DNA of 64,000 nt from Octopus sinensis (GCF_006345805.1 NC_043001.1:112592001-112656000); one strand, 5' to 3'. Positions 1 through 12,390 are shown, counted from the first letter of the stretch. The notes: generated by a model not told the origin, from the letters alone. Numbers and translations are program-made.

Positions 1-88
1 CGGCGTAATTTGAACTCAGAAGGTAACGATTGAGAAAATTTCGCTAATTTTTTGCCCCACGTGCTAACAATTCAACCAACTCCCCGCT
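1..88 (-). mobile_element. SINE-A 5' head fragment, degraded and cut by the window edge
   Basis: Reverse complement resembles the SINE-A head, including the box B-like GAGTTCAAATT. Confidence 0.6.
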
Positions 89-679
89 CTTTCAGGTATT
101 GCTAATACCTTTATTTTGATATACTTCTTTCTCCAACTAATATCTATTTACTATGGCTAGAAACACGATTGGCAGTAGTAGCGAGTGTAAGTGAGATTTG
201 ATGACGTTCATGCCTTTTATAGTGTTTTTAATTATTAAATTAAAAAGGAATAAAACCAAATCATTAAAACTTTTGATACCGATTTCTGGCGATGAGATCC
301 TTAAATGAATATTTAGATACTATAACAACTATAAGTATTTGGCTAACGAAAATGTGAGAGCATTCGTATAAATGTGAGTGAGCGTCTGCCTGCGCCTATA
401 CGCGCTTGTGTATGTATGTGTATCACTGTGTATATCTTCACGTGTGCCTGTATGCAGGAGAGAAATAGAAGTGTAATAGCAGTAGTGGTGTCAGTAGTAG
501 TGATAATAATGAATACAGAGATGACCCGAAATAATAGAGAGACAGAAATAGGTCATACATAGAGCAGCAATTAATATTGTTTCTATTGTCTCCACCAATT
601 ACAACCTTCACACATCCGACTTTGTTCGGTCCTTCTTTTTAATGTTGTTAGATCTTCCGTCTAAAGCCTCGATGCCCAA

Positions 680-1065
680 ATGTATATATACGTACATATA
701 GACAGATCCAGTCATGCAATGTTCACAAGTTTACATCTTAGATCTATCATCACTTACACTCGGACAATTGTGATATTGCCTTCCATTGTGCCTCTGTTTC
801 CATGGTATCAACATACATGCATACACACACATACACACACATATATATCCAAACATGCATACACACATATATGCATATATATATATATGTATATGTACAC
901 ATACACACGCATACACACACATACATACATACATATACATAGATGTATATATATATATACAAACATGCATACACACATATATGCATATATATATATAGAT
1001 GTACACATACACACATATATATGCACACACGCATGCACAAACATATATACATACATGTATATAGA

Positions 1066-1107
<42 letters not shown>

Positions 1108-1480
1108 TACGTACTATATAGCATATTTGTATACATATATTATATATATGTGCGTGTATGTATGTATATATGTATCACGTACTATATAACATATATTATT
1201 ATACATGCGTATTATCCACTTAATATGTGTGTGTGTGTTTGTGTACATATATATATATATATATATATCTATATATATATATATGCATATATATATATAT
1301 ATATGTATATATATGCATATATATATATGTATATACATATATGTATATATGTATATATAAATGTATATATGTATATATAAATGTATATATATATGTATAT
1401 ATATATAAATGTATATATATATGTATGTATATGTATATACACACACTCAAACGTATACGTATATAGCACATGTGCATGCG
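680..1480. repeat. Compound (TA)n/(CA)n/(TACA)n low-complexity array
   Basis: Near-pure AT/AC dinucleotide mosaic; the overlapping Y/I/H/T-rich ORFs are translation artefacts. Confidence 0.95.
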
Positions 1481-1978
1481 TATGAATGGGTTGGGGTGAA
1501 TTGTATTGTGCGTATTTTTACGATTGTAAGTTCGAACGTGCGTTTATTCGTATCTTTCTCTCTCTCTCCCTCTCGCCTTCATCTTCTTCTTCTTCTCTGA
1601 CCCTCTCCTCTCCCTCTCACTTTTTCTTCTTCCTTTGTGTTTGTGATAGTGTGTATAATTTTATGGACAGTCCTTTCGTTTGAGACCGTATGTTCATTGT
1701 AAGAAGCACAAAAAAAAAATGTGTTGATTGTGATGGATCGTCGTCCCCCTTGTGAGGCTCACTCACAGACTGTGCAATAAAGAGGTCTTCACATGTTCTT
1801 GCCTCCATTTTAATATATTATTTATTTTAACACCATCAGATTGCACCCAATGCTCTATAACATCAACTACTTTGGTCTCTAAATTTTATCTTTTCCTCAT
1901 CTGAAATTCTCTTCGTTTCGTTTCCTTGACTTTTGATAGATTATCCTTTGTTTATGAATTGTTTCTCGGGATTTTCGT

Positions 1979-2081
<103 letters not shown>

Positions 2082-2095
2082 GACACACACACATA

Positions 2096-2201
<106 letters not shown>

Positions 2202-2735
2202 AATGTATTTATATATATGTGTACGCATGTATGTATACATACACACACACACACACACGTAATTTTTTTCTTTGTTTCTCTGTTTCTTCACCGAAACGTT
2301 CTCGTTGGTGTGACACACACATCAATCATCTCACGAACGCCTGCTCTCTGGATCTTTGATGACAATGTCAGTGCTATTGACTCTTATCTCACACATCTCT
2401 GTATAATTGTGTATTAGCATAGCTCAGAGGATATTGGTACATTTGCACAATATTATTGTTTCACTACCACAGAATCACACACACACACATACACACATAC
2501 ATGCGCATACAAACACACACACACACAGAATATGTGTACGTGTGCGTGCACACGGACACAACACTGGCGCTAAATAACAGATACACACCTAATTACTCTT
2601 ATTATGAGGATTTTTAAGTGCGAGCTTATTTCAATAATGGCGATAGCTTGCCACTTTGTCAAACCTATGAATATATTTTCAGTTGACCGTAGAACTGTAG
2701 TTTCAATTAAATTGTAGTTCTCATTCGGCTTTTAC

Positions 2736-2784
<49 letters not shown>

Positions 2785-2909
2785 TGCATGTGTGTGTGTG
2801 TGTGTGTGTACAATTGTATATACATAGATAGGTATTTATTTATCTTTCTCTCTTTCTCTCTCTACTTACATATTACATGTATATATCTATATTATATAAT
2901 ACACATATA

Positions 2910-3140
2910 GGCGGCGAGCTGGCAGAAACGTTAGCACGCCAGGAGAAATGCGTAGCCGTATTTCGTCCGCCGTCACGTTCTGAGTTCAAATTCCGCCGAG
3001 GTCGACTTTGCCTTTCATCCTTTCGGGGCCGATAAATTATGTACTAGTTACGCACTGGGGTCGATGTAATCGACTTAATCCGTTTGTCTGTCTTTGTTTG
3101 TCCCCTCTGTGTTTAGCCCCTTGTGGGTAGTAAAGAAATA
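2910..3140 (+). mobile_element. SINE-A, subtype A1 (tRNA-derived), full length
   Basis: GGCGGCGAGCTGGCAGAAACG head, box B GTTCAAATTCC, central GCCTTTCATCCTTTCGGGG..GATAAATT, 3' end AAAGAAATA; TATAATACACAT on both flanks as probable TSD. Confidence 0.9.
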
Positions 3141-3509
3141 TATATCTATAATATATAATACACATGTATATCCTGCACACACACACACTCATACATACAC
3201 ACGATCTGTCCTTTATCAACTGGTCCTTCACTCTCAGCTCCACATGAAAACCACATGAAAACCACATGACAAAGTTTTGAGAACGTTGCCACCTATACAA
3301 GCTCAAAACTCTCTCCTAGGAAATCCACTGGCACAAACAGAAACAGGCTCCCTAGAGAGAAAAATCTCCTACCAGGAGCATCAAAAAGCTTAATAAAGAA
3401 ATCAACCAGTGAAAATACTCCCACAAAGAACATCCACATTCAACAACAAAAAAATAAAGGCTGGAGATGGAAAAACGTAATCGGCAGACCAACATGAAAA
3501 CCTGCTTCT

Positions 3510-4075
3510 CCAACATAATGCTAAAGAAATGGCAGAAGTACTGCAGAAACAATACTGCTCTGTCTTTAGTGATCCCACTGATATTGACGTAAGGGATGTG
3601 AACGAAGTCGATTCCTAACATGTAATCTTGGACATAACTTTTACGGCTTCAGACCTCATAGCAGCAATAAATCAGATCAAATATTATTCTGCTGTAGGCC
3701 CTAGTCGAAAACCCGCTAGTTTCCTGAAGGAATGTAGACACCACTTGCAGTACCTCTGACCAACTTCTGAAGAATTTCTTTAGACTCAGGTTATAATACC
3801 GAAACAGCTCTTATCTTAGTCTGCCATCCCGGTTTTCAATCAGGGAAACAGATCCCTCACAGTTAACTATCGCCCAGTAACACCCACCTCCCATATCATT
3901 AAAGTGTTTGAAAGGATGTTGAGATCAAGGATAGCTGGCTTCTTGAGGAGCTACAATCTCCTAAATTCAAACTAGCATGGCTTTCGCTGCGACATGGACT
4001 GTCTAACACAGCTCTTACACCACATCGATGATATCTTTAAAACCTTTGGATCAGGTTCGAACTCAGTAAAGCGTT
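3510..4075 (+). pseudogene. Decayed non-LTR retrotransposon RT N-terminal region (CR1/L2-like)
   Basis: Manual translation across stops and frameshifts gives AEVLQKQYCSVFSDP, NYRPVTPTSHIIKVFERML and N*HGFR..DCLTQLLHHIDDI, typical RT domain 0-2 motifs. Confidence 0.85.
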
Positions 4076-4372
4076 CGACCTACGTGGATCGAGTATTTTC
4101 TGGAGAACAGACCACAACATGTTGTGATCGGTGGAATCCACTGAAGCCCAACAAAAGTCACCAGTGGTGTCCCTCAATAATAAATTAAAAGGCATAAACA
4201 TCGAAGAAAACCTTATGTCAAAAAGAATTTTTTAGTTTAAAAAGAAAACATACATGTTCAGAGTAAATTAACAAAATAAGTTTGATTAGTATAAATGTAA
4301 GTCTGCTTTAAAAAAATATTCACTTACAGAAATCTATATGCATAGATGCATAAATACATAGACACACTCATA

Positions 4373-4792
4373 GGCGCAGGAGTGGCTGCGTGGTAAGTAG
4401 CTTGCTTACCAACCACATGGTTCCGGGTTCAGTCCCACTGCGTGGCACCTTGGGCAAGTGTCTTTTACTATAGCCTCGGGCCGACCAAAGCCATGTGAGT
4501 GGATTTGGTAGACGGAAACTGAAAGAAGCCTTTCGTATATATATATATATACATATATATATGTGTGTATGTCTGTGTGTCTGTGTTTGTCCCCCTAGCA
4601 TTGCTTGACAACCGATGCTGGTGTGCTTATGTCCCCGTCACTTAGCGGTTCGGCAAAAGAGACCGATAGAATAAGTACTGGGCTTACAAAGAATAAGTCC
4701 CGGGGTCGAATTGCTCGACTAAAGGCGGTGCTCCAGCATGGCCGCAGTCAAATGACTGAAACAAATAAAAGAGTAAAAGAGTAAAGAGAGTA
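4373..4792 (+). mobile_element. SINE-B, full length (tRNA head, CORE-like segment, internal microsatellite, 3' stem-loop, GTAAAAGA tail)
   Basis: GGCGCAGGAGTGGCTG..GGTTCAGTCCC head, ACCTTGGGCAAGTG, internal (TA)n(TG)n, GGCGGTGCTCCAGCATGGCCGC, AAAAGAGTAAAAGAG tail; more than 15 related copies in the window. Confidence 0.9.
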
Positions 4793-5024
4793 CACGTTAT
4801 TCTCACGCATACAAACGCATACATGTATAATCTACACTTGCACACACGAAAAAGAAACATATATACAAATATACGCAAACACATACAAAAGCTGATAAAT
4901 ACATACATACATATACAGATAAATATATACATACTAATGTATATATGGATATCTACACACATATATATACACAATACGTCTCCGTGAGTATGTGTTAATG
5001 CTCACACTATATTTATAATACGTT

Positions 5025-5252
5025 GGTGAGCTGGCAGAAACGTTAGCACGCCGGGCGAAATGCATAGCCGTATTTCGTCTGCCGTTACGCTCTGAGTTCA
5101 AATTCCGCCGAGGTTGACTTTGCCTTTCATCCTTTCGGGGTCGATAAATTAAGCACCAGTTACGCACTGGGGTCGACGGAATCGACTTAATCGCTTTGTC
5201 TGTCCTTGTTTGTCCCCTCTGTGTTTAGCCCCTTGTGGGTAATAAAGAAATA
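5025..5252 (+). mobile_element. SINE-A1
   Basis: Near-consensus match to 2910-3140; TATAATACG on both flanks. Confidence 0.9.
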
Positions 5253-5344
5253 TATATATATAATACGCTTCTAACACACACAACATTTGCCGTTGCTAGT
5301 TAAAGAAAGAAGAAAAGAAAAAGAACCAAAAGAATCTTATAAGT

Positions 5345-5713
5345 GATGGTTGCTATTGAGCGAACGGTCTTCGTCCCTGTAGTGGGAGAAGTCCGAAACG
5401 TGGTCCTATGCTATTCGTAAGACCCGCAGAAGAGAAAGCAGGTCAATCCCCGACACCGAGAGCATCGACGGATGGATGAGTGTGCATCCAGGCTCAGCGG
5501 TTGCGTAGGAAGTCGGGGACAAGAATCGGGAGGAAAGAGTGAGAGAAAGTTGGGGGTGAAAGAGTAAAACAGGGGTCGCCACCACCTCCTACCGGAGCCT
5601 CGTGGAGCTTTATGTGTTTTCGCTCAATAAACACACACAACGCCCGGTCTGGGAATCGAAACCGTGATCCTCCGACCGCAGTCCGCTGCCCTAACCACTG
5701 GGCTATCGCGCCT
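5345..5713 (-). mobile_element. SINE-C variant (C head with an alternative 3' body)
   Basis: About 5530-5713 matches the SINE-C head in reverse; 5345-5530 differs from the usual C body. Confidence 0.75.
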
Positions 5714-6424
5714 CCTGCTGGTGATGGCGGAAGAAGAGAGAATAGAAAAATGCTTGAATTTTGACACAGTAGCGTTCATACGACTATCGAGTAGGGAAAG
5801 AGAAAGAAAAGATACAATAAGACCATCGTGTGTATATACTCTTCGATTTTATCCAACACTATATTCATGCCTTTTAATTTTCAATTTTACGAAAGTATTG
5901 TTTCAGTCGCGTTTGTTTGTTTGTTTGTCCATGGACAAGATATCTCAAGAACCGCTGGATGGATTCAGATAAAGCTTTCAAGGATGTTTGGCCTCGTGAC
6001 TGGCACAAACTGATTAGATTTTGGGATCGATCCGGTACCAAACAAGGATTCTAAATTATTTTTTCAGCTATTTTTTTTTTTACTTCATTTTTGTGAGCGG
6101 TAAGATTCATTTTTAGTATTCTCATTTGTGAGAGCAGTCGAGTTTAGTTCAGATATTCTCATTTTAAAAATCATTTCCTGCTAATCGTTGAGAGGATGTA
6201 CGTGTTGCTTTGGTGGAGGTTTGCGCTCTGTGAGTGCTCTTTATATTTATATTTTTTATTTTATTATTCATATCAAATTCCTATTTTGTTTTTCACACAG
6301 TCACATGAATAGCTTTGTAATAGAACTATCTGAGAGGACATGTTCCTGTTAACGGAAACATGTATAAATTTACAAAACATTACAAAAAGAAACCTGGCTG
6401 TTTCTTGCAATAACTACCTCTAAA

Positions 6425-6794
6425 GCGGAGGTGCAATGGCCCAGGGGTTAGGGCAGCGGACTCGCGGTCGTAGGATCGCGGTTTCGATTCCCAGACCGGG
6501 CGTTGTGAGTGTTTATTGAACGAAAACACCTAAAGCTCCACGAGGCTCCGGCAGGGGATGGTGGTGATCCCTGCTGTACTCTTTCACCACAACTTTCTCT
6601 CACTCTTACTTCCTGTTTCTGTTGTACCTGTATTTCAAAGGGCCGCCTTGTCACGCTGAATATCCCCGAGAACTACGTTAAGGGTACAGGTGTCTGTGGA
6701 GTGCTCAGCCACTTACACGTTAATTTCACGAGCAGGCTGTTCCGTTGATTCGGATCAACCGGAACCCTCGTCGTCGTAACCGCCGGAGAGCTTC
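6425..6794 (+). mobile_element. SINE-C (tRNA-derived), full length
   Basis: TGGCCCAG.GGTTAGGGCAGCGGACTCGCGG..GGTTTCGATTCCC head; ACCTCTAAAGC on both flanks (TSD). Confidence 0.9.
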
Positions 6795-6799
6795 CCCCC

Positions 6800-6929
6800 A
6801 CCTCTAAAGCAATATTTTTTCATGGACCATTAAAATACTACTGTGGATACTATTTTGCTAGCGCGGAAACCCAAAAATCTTATATGGACCCCGTCTGATG
6901 ACCACTGCACCAGGGGTAGGAAAACGCTG
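6800..6929. mobile_element. hAT-like MITE end
   Basis: Ends in GGGGTAGGAAAACGCTG, similar to the CAGCGTTTCTCAACC-type TIRs at 17744 and 56242; AAAATCTTATATGGACCCC is shared with the 56006 element. Confidence 0.6.
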
Positions 6930-7390
6930 ATGTAAAGCCTGCGTCTTTGATGCATCCGGTGACGTAGACTAATCCATCTTTTGGGGCAAATGCATACGTT
7001 GCTAAAGGAAAGGGAGTGGCCCTTTGCTTGGTCTTTCTTCAATTCAAAAACCTTCAGCCATGGGACACCGCTTGATTTTTAACATCACCATTATGTGTGA
7101 TTTAATTTGACTGGTCGTGGCTGAATGAGAGGCAAAAGAGTAAATGAAAAATTCTCCGATGGAGTGAAAGCATGACTCAGCGTGCGAAGTAAGTTCTTAT
7201 AAAATCTGCTGACCATTCCTTCTTTTTATGTCTTAGTACAGCATAACCAAGTATTCTTGGTTATGATGCCAGAGTGTGATGTATGGTGAGGGAGATTTGG
7301 CTCTTGTATCTAGCATGTCGAGCCGTTACATGGTTTGTTTAGTTATAGTTGTACTTGTTGGTTCGTGACCTTATCGAGAATCCTGACATA

Positions 7391-7724
7391 GAGAGTTTTC
7401 CTACCCCTGATGCAGTGGTCATCAGACGGGGTCCATATAAGATTTTTGGGTTTCCGCGCTAGCAAAATAGTATCAACAGTAGTATTTTAATGGTCCATGA
7501 AAAAATATTGCTTTAGAGGTGGGGGGAAGCTCTCCGTCGGTTACGACGACGAGGGTTCCGGTTGATCCGATCAACGGAACAGCCTGCTCGTGAAATTAAC
7601 GTGTAAGTGGCTGAGCACTCCACAGACACGTGTACCCTTAACGTAGTTCTCGGGGATATTCAGCGTGACACAGAGAGTAACAAGGCCGGCCCTTTGAAAT
7701 ACAGGTACAACAGAAACAGGAAGT
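7391..7724 (-). repeat. Inverted duplicate of 6608-6929 (MITE end plus SINE-C 3' half)
   Basis: Direct reverse-complement comparison, including the shared diagnostic GGAGAGCTTCCCCCCACCTCTAAAGC. Confidence 0.9.
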
Positions 7725-9321
7725 ACAAAAGAGCATAACTCTTTTTCAAGACAGAAAAGCCACATCGATGCTTCTTTAAGAGAACAATTAAGCGATAACT
7801 TTTCTCGAAATCGAGTTCTACTACTCATATAAGTGTGTGTATGTATGTATGTATGTATGTATGTTATGTATGTATGTATGTATGTATGTATGTATGTATG
7901 CATATATGTATGCATGTATGTATGTATGTATTGATGTGTGTGTATGTATGTATTTTACACTTTAATCTTGGAAATACAGGGGTGAAACTTTAATCCATCG
8001 TATAGAAAGATGTCCGGTTTTATATCCTTTAATTATTGGACATTCCACGAATTACTAAACATATGAGGTGGAATTTTATGTGGTAAGTAGTGAACATTTA
8101 TACATAATTAATTTATGGTGATACTTAATGGTTAGTGTAGCTACTGCTGCGGTGGCGGTGGCGATGGTAATTAGGGCAGGCATATATGCATAATTAATGG
8201 TAATAATTAATGGTTTCTACAGCTTCTCTTGCTGAGTTGGTAATAGTGGTGATGGTGGTGGTGGTGTTCTAGGTAATGTTGATTACGGTGGACATATTTA
8301 CAAAATTTATGGTAACAATAATACTGTGTAATTACTGATGTAGCAACGGTAGTGATGGTGACTATAGTGAATACACATGCATAATAGATGAGAATAAATA
8401 TTTATATTTACTATGGTGTGTAATGGAGGTGGTCATGGTAATTGTAGTGAGTGATTTAGGTGTAGGTCGTTGTCGTTGTTGTTGGTGGTGTTGTTGTTGT
8501 TGTTGTTTGACCCAATGTCAGTCCTGATCGAGCAAAGCTCAGACCAAAAGTGTTTCAGCCCTGACCATTCCATCTTTTTATGTCTTAGTACAGCATAACC
8601 AAGTATTCTTGGTTATGATGCCAGGGTGTGATATTTGGTGAGGGAGATTTGGCTTTTATTTCTAGCCTGTCGAGCCGTTACATGGTTTGTTCAGTTATAG
8701 TTGTACTTGTTGGTTCGTGACCTTATCGAGAAACCTTCTGACATACAGGTACTTGACATTATGCAGCCTTTCATTAACCAGATCAAACAATACAACACCA
8801 AGGTAGTCGGTTGTACATCGAGATACGTCCCATCTTCGCAGTTAAACCTTGTCTCCTTGTACTTGAGATTGTTGGTATTGTGTGTCCCAGCAAAAGTTTT
8901 GGGGCCAATATTATTGATGTTGTAATTTTTGTTTTTCTTGGTTACATAGGAGGGATAGTATTTTTAGATTGTCAGTGAAGATGTACACTCAAGTAGTATA
9001 CATATGTCGGAGTGTTTAGGTGTGGTTGTTCGTGTACTGATAGGAAGCTGTGTCGTGGAGGCTTGATGTGCCATCAATCTGTAGTCCCCAGATACAGACG
9101 CTTTTTCAATTTTCTCGTTTGAATTTTTGTTTCGGTGTATCGGTAGAGTTCGGGTGAGGTTTATGTACAACTTGTGATGGTATGTAGTTCACTGTGTTGT
9201 GCATGCTGTTGTTCATTGAAGTTTGTTGTAGAAAAACTAGAACCGAAGACAAGACTAGCTTAATTCATGATGTATCTGATTTATTGTTTTATAGCATTTA
9301 TGCTTCTGCTTTCTTTTTGTT

Positions 9322-9918
9322 GGCTGAGCTGGCAGAAACGTTAGCACGCCGGGCAAAATGCTTAGCGGTATTTCGTCTGCCGTTACGTTCTGAGTTCAAA
9401 TTCCACCAAGGTCGACTTTGCCTTTCATCATTTCGAGGTCGATAAATTAAGGACCAGTTGCGCACTGGGGTCGATGTAATTGACTTGATCCGTTTGTCTG
9501 TCCTTATTTGTCCTCTATGTGTTTAGCCCCTTGTGGGCAGTAAAGAAATAGGTATTTCGTCTGACGTTACGTTCTGAGTTCAAATTCCCCCGAGGTCGAC
9601 TTTGCCTTTCATTTTCTCGGGGTCGATAGAGTAAGTACCAGTTACGCACTGAGGTCGATATAATCGACTTAATCCGTCGGTCTGTCCTTGTTTGTCTCCG
9701 CTGTGTTTAGCTCCCTGTGGGTAGTAAAGAAATAGGTATTTCGTTTGCCGTTACGTTCTGAGTTCAAATTCCGCCAAGGTCGACTTTGTCTTTCATCCTT
9801 TCGGGGTCGATAAATTAAGTACCAGTTACGCACTGGGGTCGATGTAATCGACTTAATCCGTTTGTCTGTCCTTGTTTGTCCCCTCTATGTTTATCCCCTT
9901 GTGGGCAATAAAGAAATA
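9322..9918 (+). mobile_element. SINE-A1 tandem array: one head plus three 184-bp units
   Basis: Units start with GGTATTTCGT at 9367, 9551 and 9735, and each ends AAAGAAATA. Confidence 0.92.
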
Positions 9919-10838
9919 TATATTTGTGGTAACTCTGAAAGCTAAAAGCTCGACGTATGTTTGTTCATCAACTTTACTTTCTCTACTACATCTATATCTT
10001 CTGTGTCTCTTTCCAATGTTGTGGCGGTTAAAGTTAGTGTTTTTGTAATTCTGCTTTCTTTGTGCCTTATATGTTTATGTTAAGCTAAATGGATAGTTGC
10101 ATTTGACGTTTTCTCGTGTTGTTAGTAAGAAGGAACACATGGTAGGAGCTTTTGTGAAACCAATTCTGTAAGTAACTTACGTAGTCTTTGAGCAAATGGG
10201 CGACAGTGTTAGGAAAATGGTGGGAGATATTGCAGTTTTAAAAAATTGGAACCCTGGGCAATTCCCGAGGTTCCCACAGGTCTAAGCGCCCAAATGCTAC
10301 ACTATGTAGGGCCTCAAGTGCATTGTTTTGCCCAAGAGCTTGTAATGAAGTTAAATCAGCCTTAGTGCAGATTGTGACCGAGATGCCATCTGCATATGAG
10401 ATTGTGCTGTGTGGAAGTCTAAGGACGTCGTGTCTGGTGATTTTGATTGTGGTTGTTATTGCTGTTGTCGTTAGTGCTTGTATTGTTGTTTAGCCCCAGG
10501 TCAGCCTTGTTTGGACATACCTGTAATCAGAGTAAATCCAGTGGTAACCATCTTGTATTTTCCAATGTAAGAGGAACCCCAGGTCACATTACCCAACGTG
10601 CCTCTTTCTAAAACCACGGAGTGTGATTTTGATGGAGGCTTGGTTGCTATTTCTACTAGGTTGAGTGACCAGGCCCAGTTTTTCCCTTTGGCAAGTGGTA
10701 GTGGTGGTGTCAGGGCTGCTGCTGTCATCCCAGTGGCATTGCTTGCTACAACAAATGTAGAGTTAATTAGAAATGAAAATGTAAGCATAACAAGAAGGCT
10801 GATGTATTGGTGGTACGTCAATGGTATAGTATCTATGT

Positions 10839-11212
10839 GTGGAGGCGCAATGGCCCTGTGGTTAGGGCAGCGGTCTCGCGGTCATAGGATCGTGGTTTCG
10901 ATTCCCGGACCGGGCGTTGCGAGTATTTATTGAGTGAAAACACCTAAAGCTTCACGAGGCTCCGGTAGGGGTGGTGGCGAACCCGGTATTTTTTCGCCAC
11001 AACTTTCTACCACTCTCCCTGTTTCTGTTGTACCTGTATTTCAAAAAGCCAGCCTTGTCACTCCCTGTGTCACGATGAATATCCCCGAGAACTACGTTAA
11101 GGGTACACGTGTCTGTGCAGTGCTCAGCCACTTACACGTTAATTTCACGAGCAGGCTGTTCCGTTGATTCGGATCAACCGGAACCCTCGTAATCGTAACC
11201 GACGGAACACCA
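10839..11212 (+). mobile_element. SINE-C
   Basis: Family match; GTATCTATGTG on both flanks. Confidence 0.9.
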
Positions 11213-11485
11213 CAAAAAGTGTATCTATGTGAGTCCCAATAGTGCTGGATAAAATAGTTTTGGGTCTGTGTACCAACGGTATTGTCTACGTCATAATCCC
11301 AATGGTATGAGTGGTATATCAACTGTATTGTGTCTATGTTACAATCCCGATGGTATTACCAGTGTATCATTATCTACGTCACCACACCAATGGTATGGCT
11401 TGTTGTTACTCTACAGCACTGCTCAACATTAATTAGTGACTAGCGGGACCCGTGAATATTTCACCGAATTAATAGTAAACCTATA

Positions 11486-11868
11486 GTGGAGGCGCAATGG
11501 CCCAGTGGTTAGGGCAGCGGATTCGCCTTCGAAGGATCGCGGTTTCGATTCCCAGACCGAGCGTTGTGAGTGTTTATTGAGCGAAAACACCTAAAAGCTC
11601 CACGAGGCTCCGGCAGGAATACTGGTGATCCCTGCTGTACTCTTTCACCACAACTTTCTCTCACTCTTACTTCCTGTTTCTGTTGTACCTGTATTTCAAA
11701 GGGCCGGCCTTGTCACTCTCTGTGTCACGCTTAATATACCCGAGAACTACGTTAAGGGTACACGTGTCTGTGGAGTGCTCAGCCACTTACACGTTAATAT
11801 CACGAGCAGGCTGTTCCGTTGATCGGATCAACCGGAACCCTCGTCGTCGTAACCGACGGAGTGCTTCC
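11486..11868 (+). mobile_element. SINE-C
   Basis: Near-consensus family match. Confidence 0.9.
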
Positions 11869-12284
11869 CTCCTCTGGTATGGCTTGTCAATGATATTGTC
11901 TACGTCACAATCCCAACGGTCTTACTGCTATGTCAATGATATAGTGTCTGTGTAACAACACCAATGGTATTGCTGCCGTGTCAATTGTATTTTGTCCTCG
12001 TTACAAGCCGAATGGTATTATTGCTATACCGATGATATAGCTTGTGTGAGACTACTAATGATGTTATTGCATATAAAGTGGTATTGCATATAATTTTGAG
12101 CCCGTGTGATAGTAGCAATTTTATTAGTGTTGTGTACGGGTAAGAATATGACAGCGTTAGTGAATATGATTGCTGTATTGGTTAATCAACTGTCGTTATA
12201 ACCCAGAATCACGAAAGTTCTAATAGAGGTAGACGCTGTTATTAATGTTATTGAATATCAACAACTGAATAAGTAACATGTTTA

Positions 12285-12308
12285 AATAATAATAATAATA
12301 ATAATAAT

Positions 12309-12361
<53 letters not shown>

Positions 12362-12390
12362 TGATGATGATAACAATAATAATAATTTAT
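12285..12390. repeat. (AAT)n microsatellite
   Basis: Direct reading; a second (AAT)n tract lies at 12537-12600. Confidence 0.95.

Noticed and set aside
6425-6500. tRNA-like sequence (box A/box B) as a real tRNA gene
   Set aside because: There is no complete cloverleaf or acceptor stem; it continues into the SINE-C body and is flanked by a TSD. The same holds for the A and B heads.
6890-6910. CTGATGA as a hammerhead core
   Set aside because: No stem II followed by GAAA; it is part of a hAT MITE end.
9322-9918. Regular repeat array as CRISPR
   Set aside because: The units are whole 184-bp SINE bodies without unique spacers, in a eukaryotic context with no cas genes.
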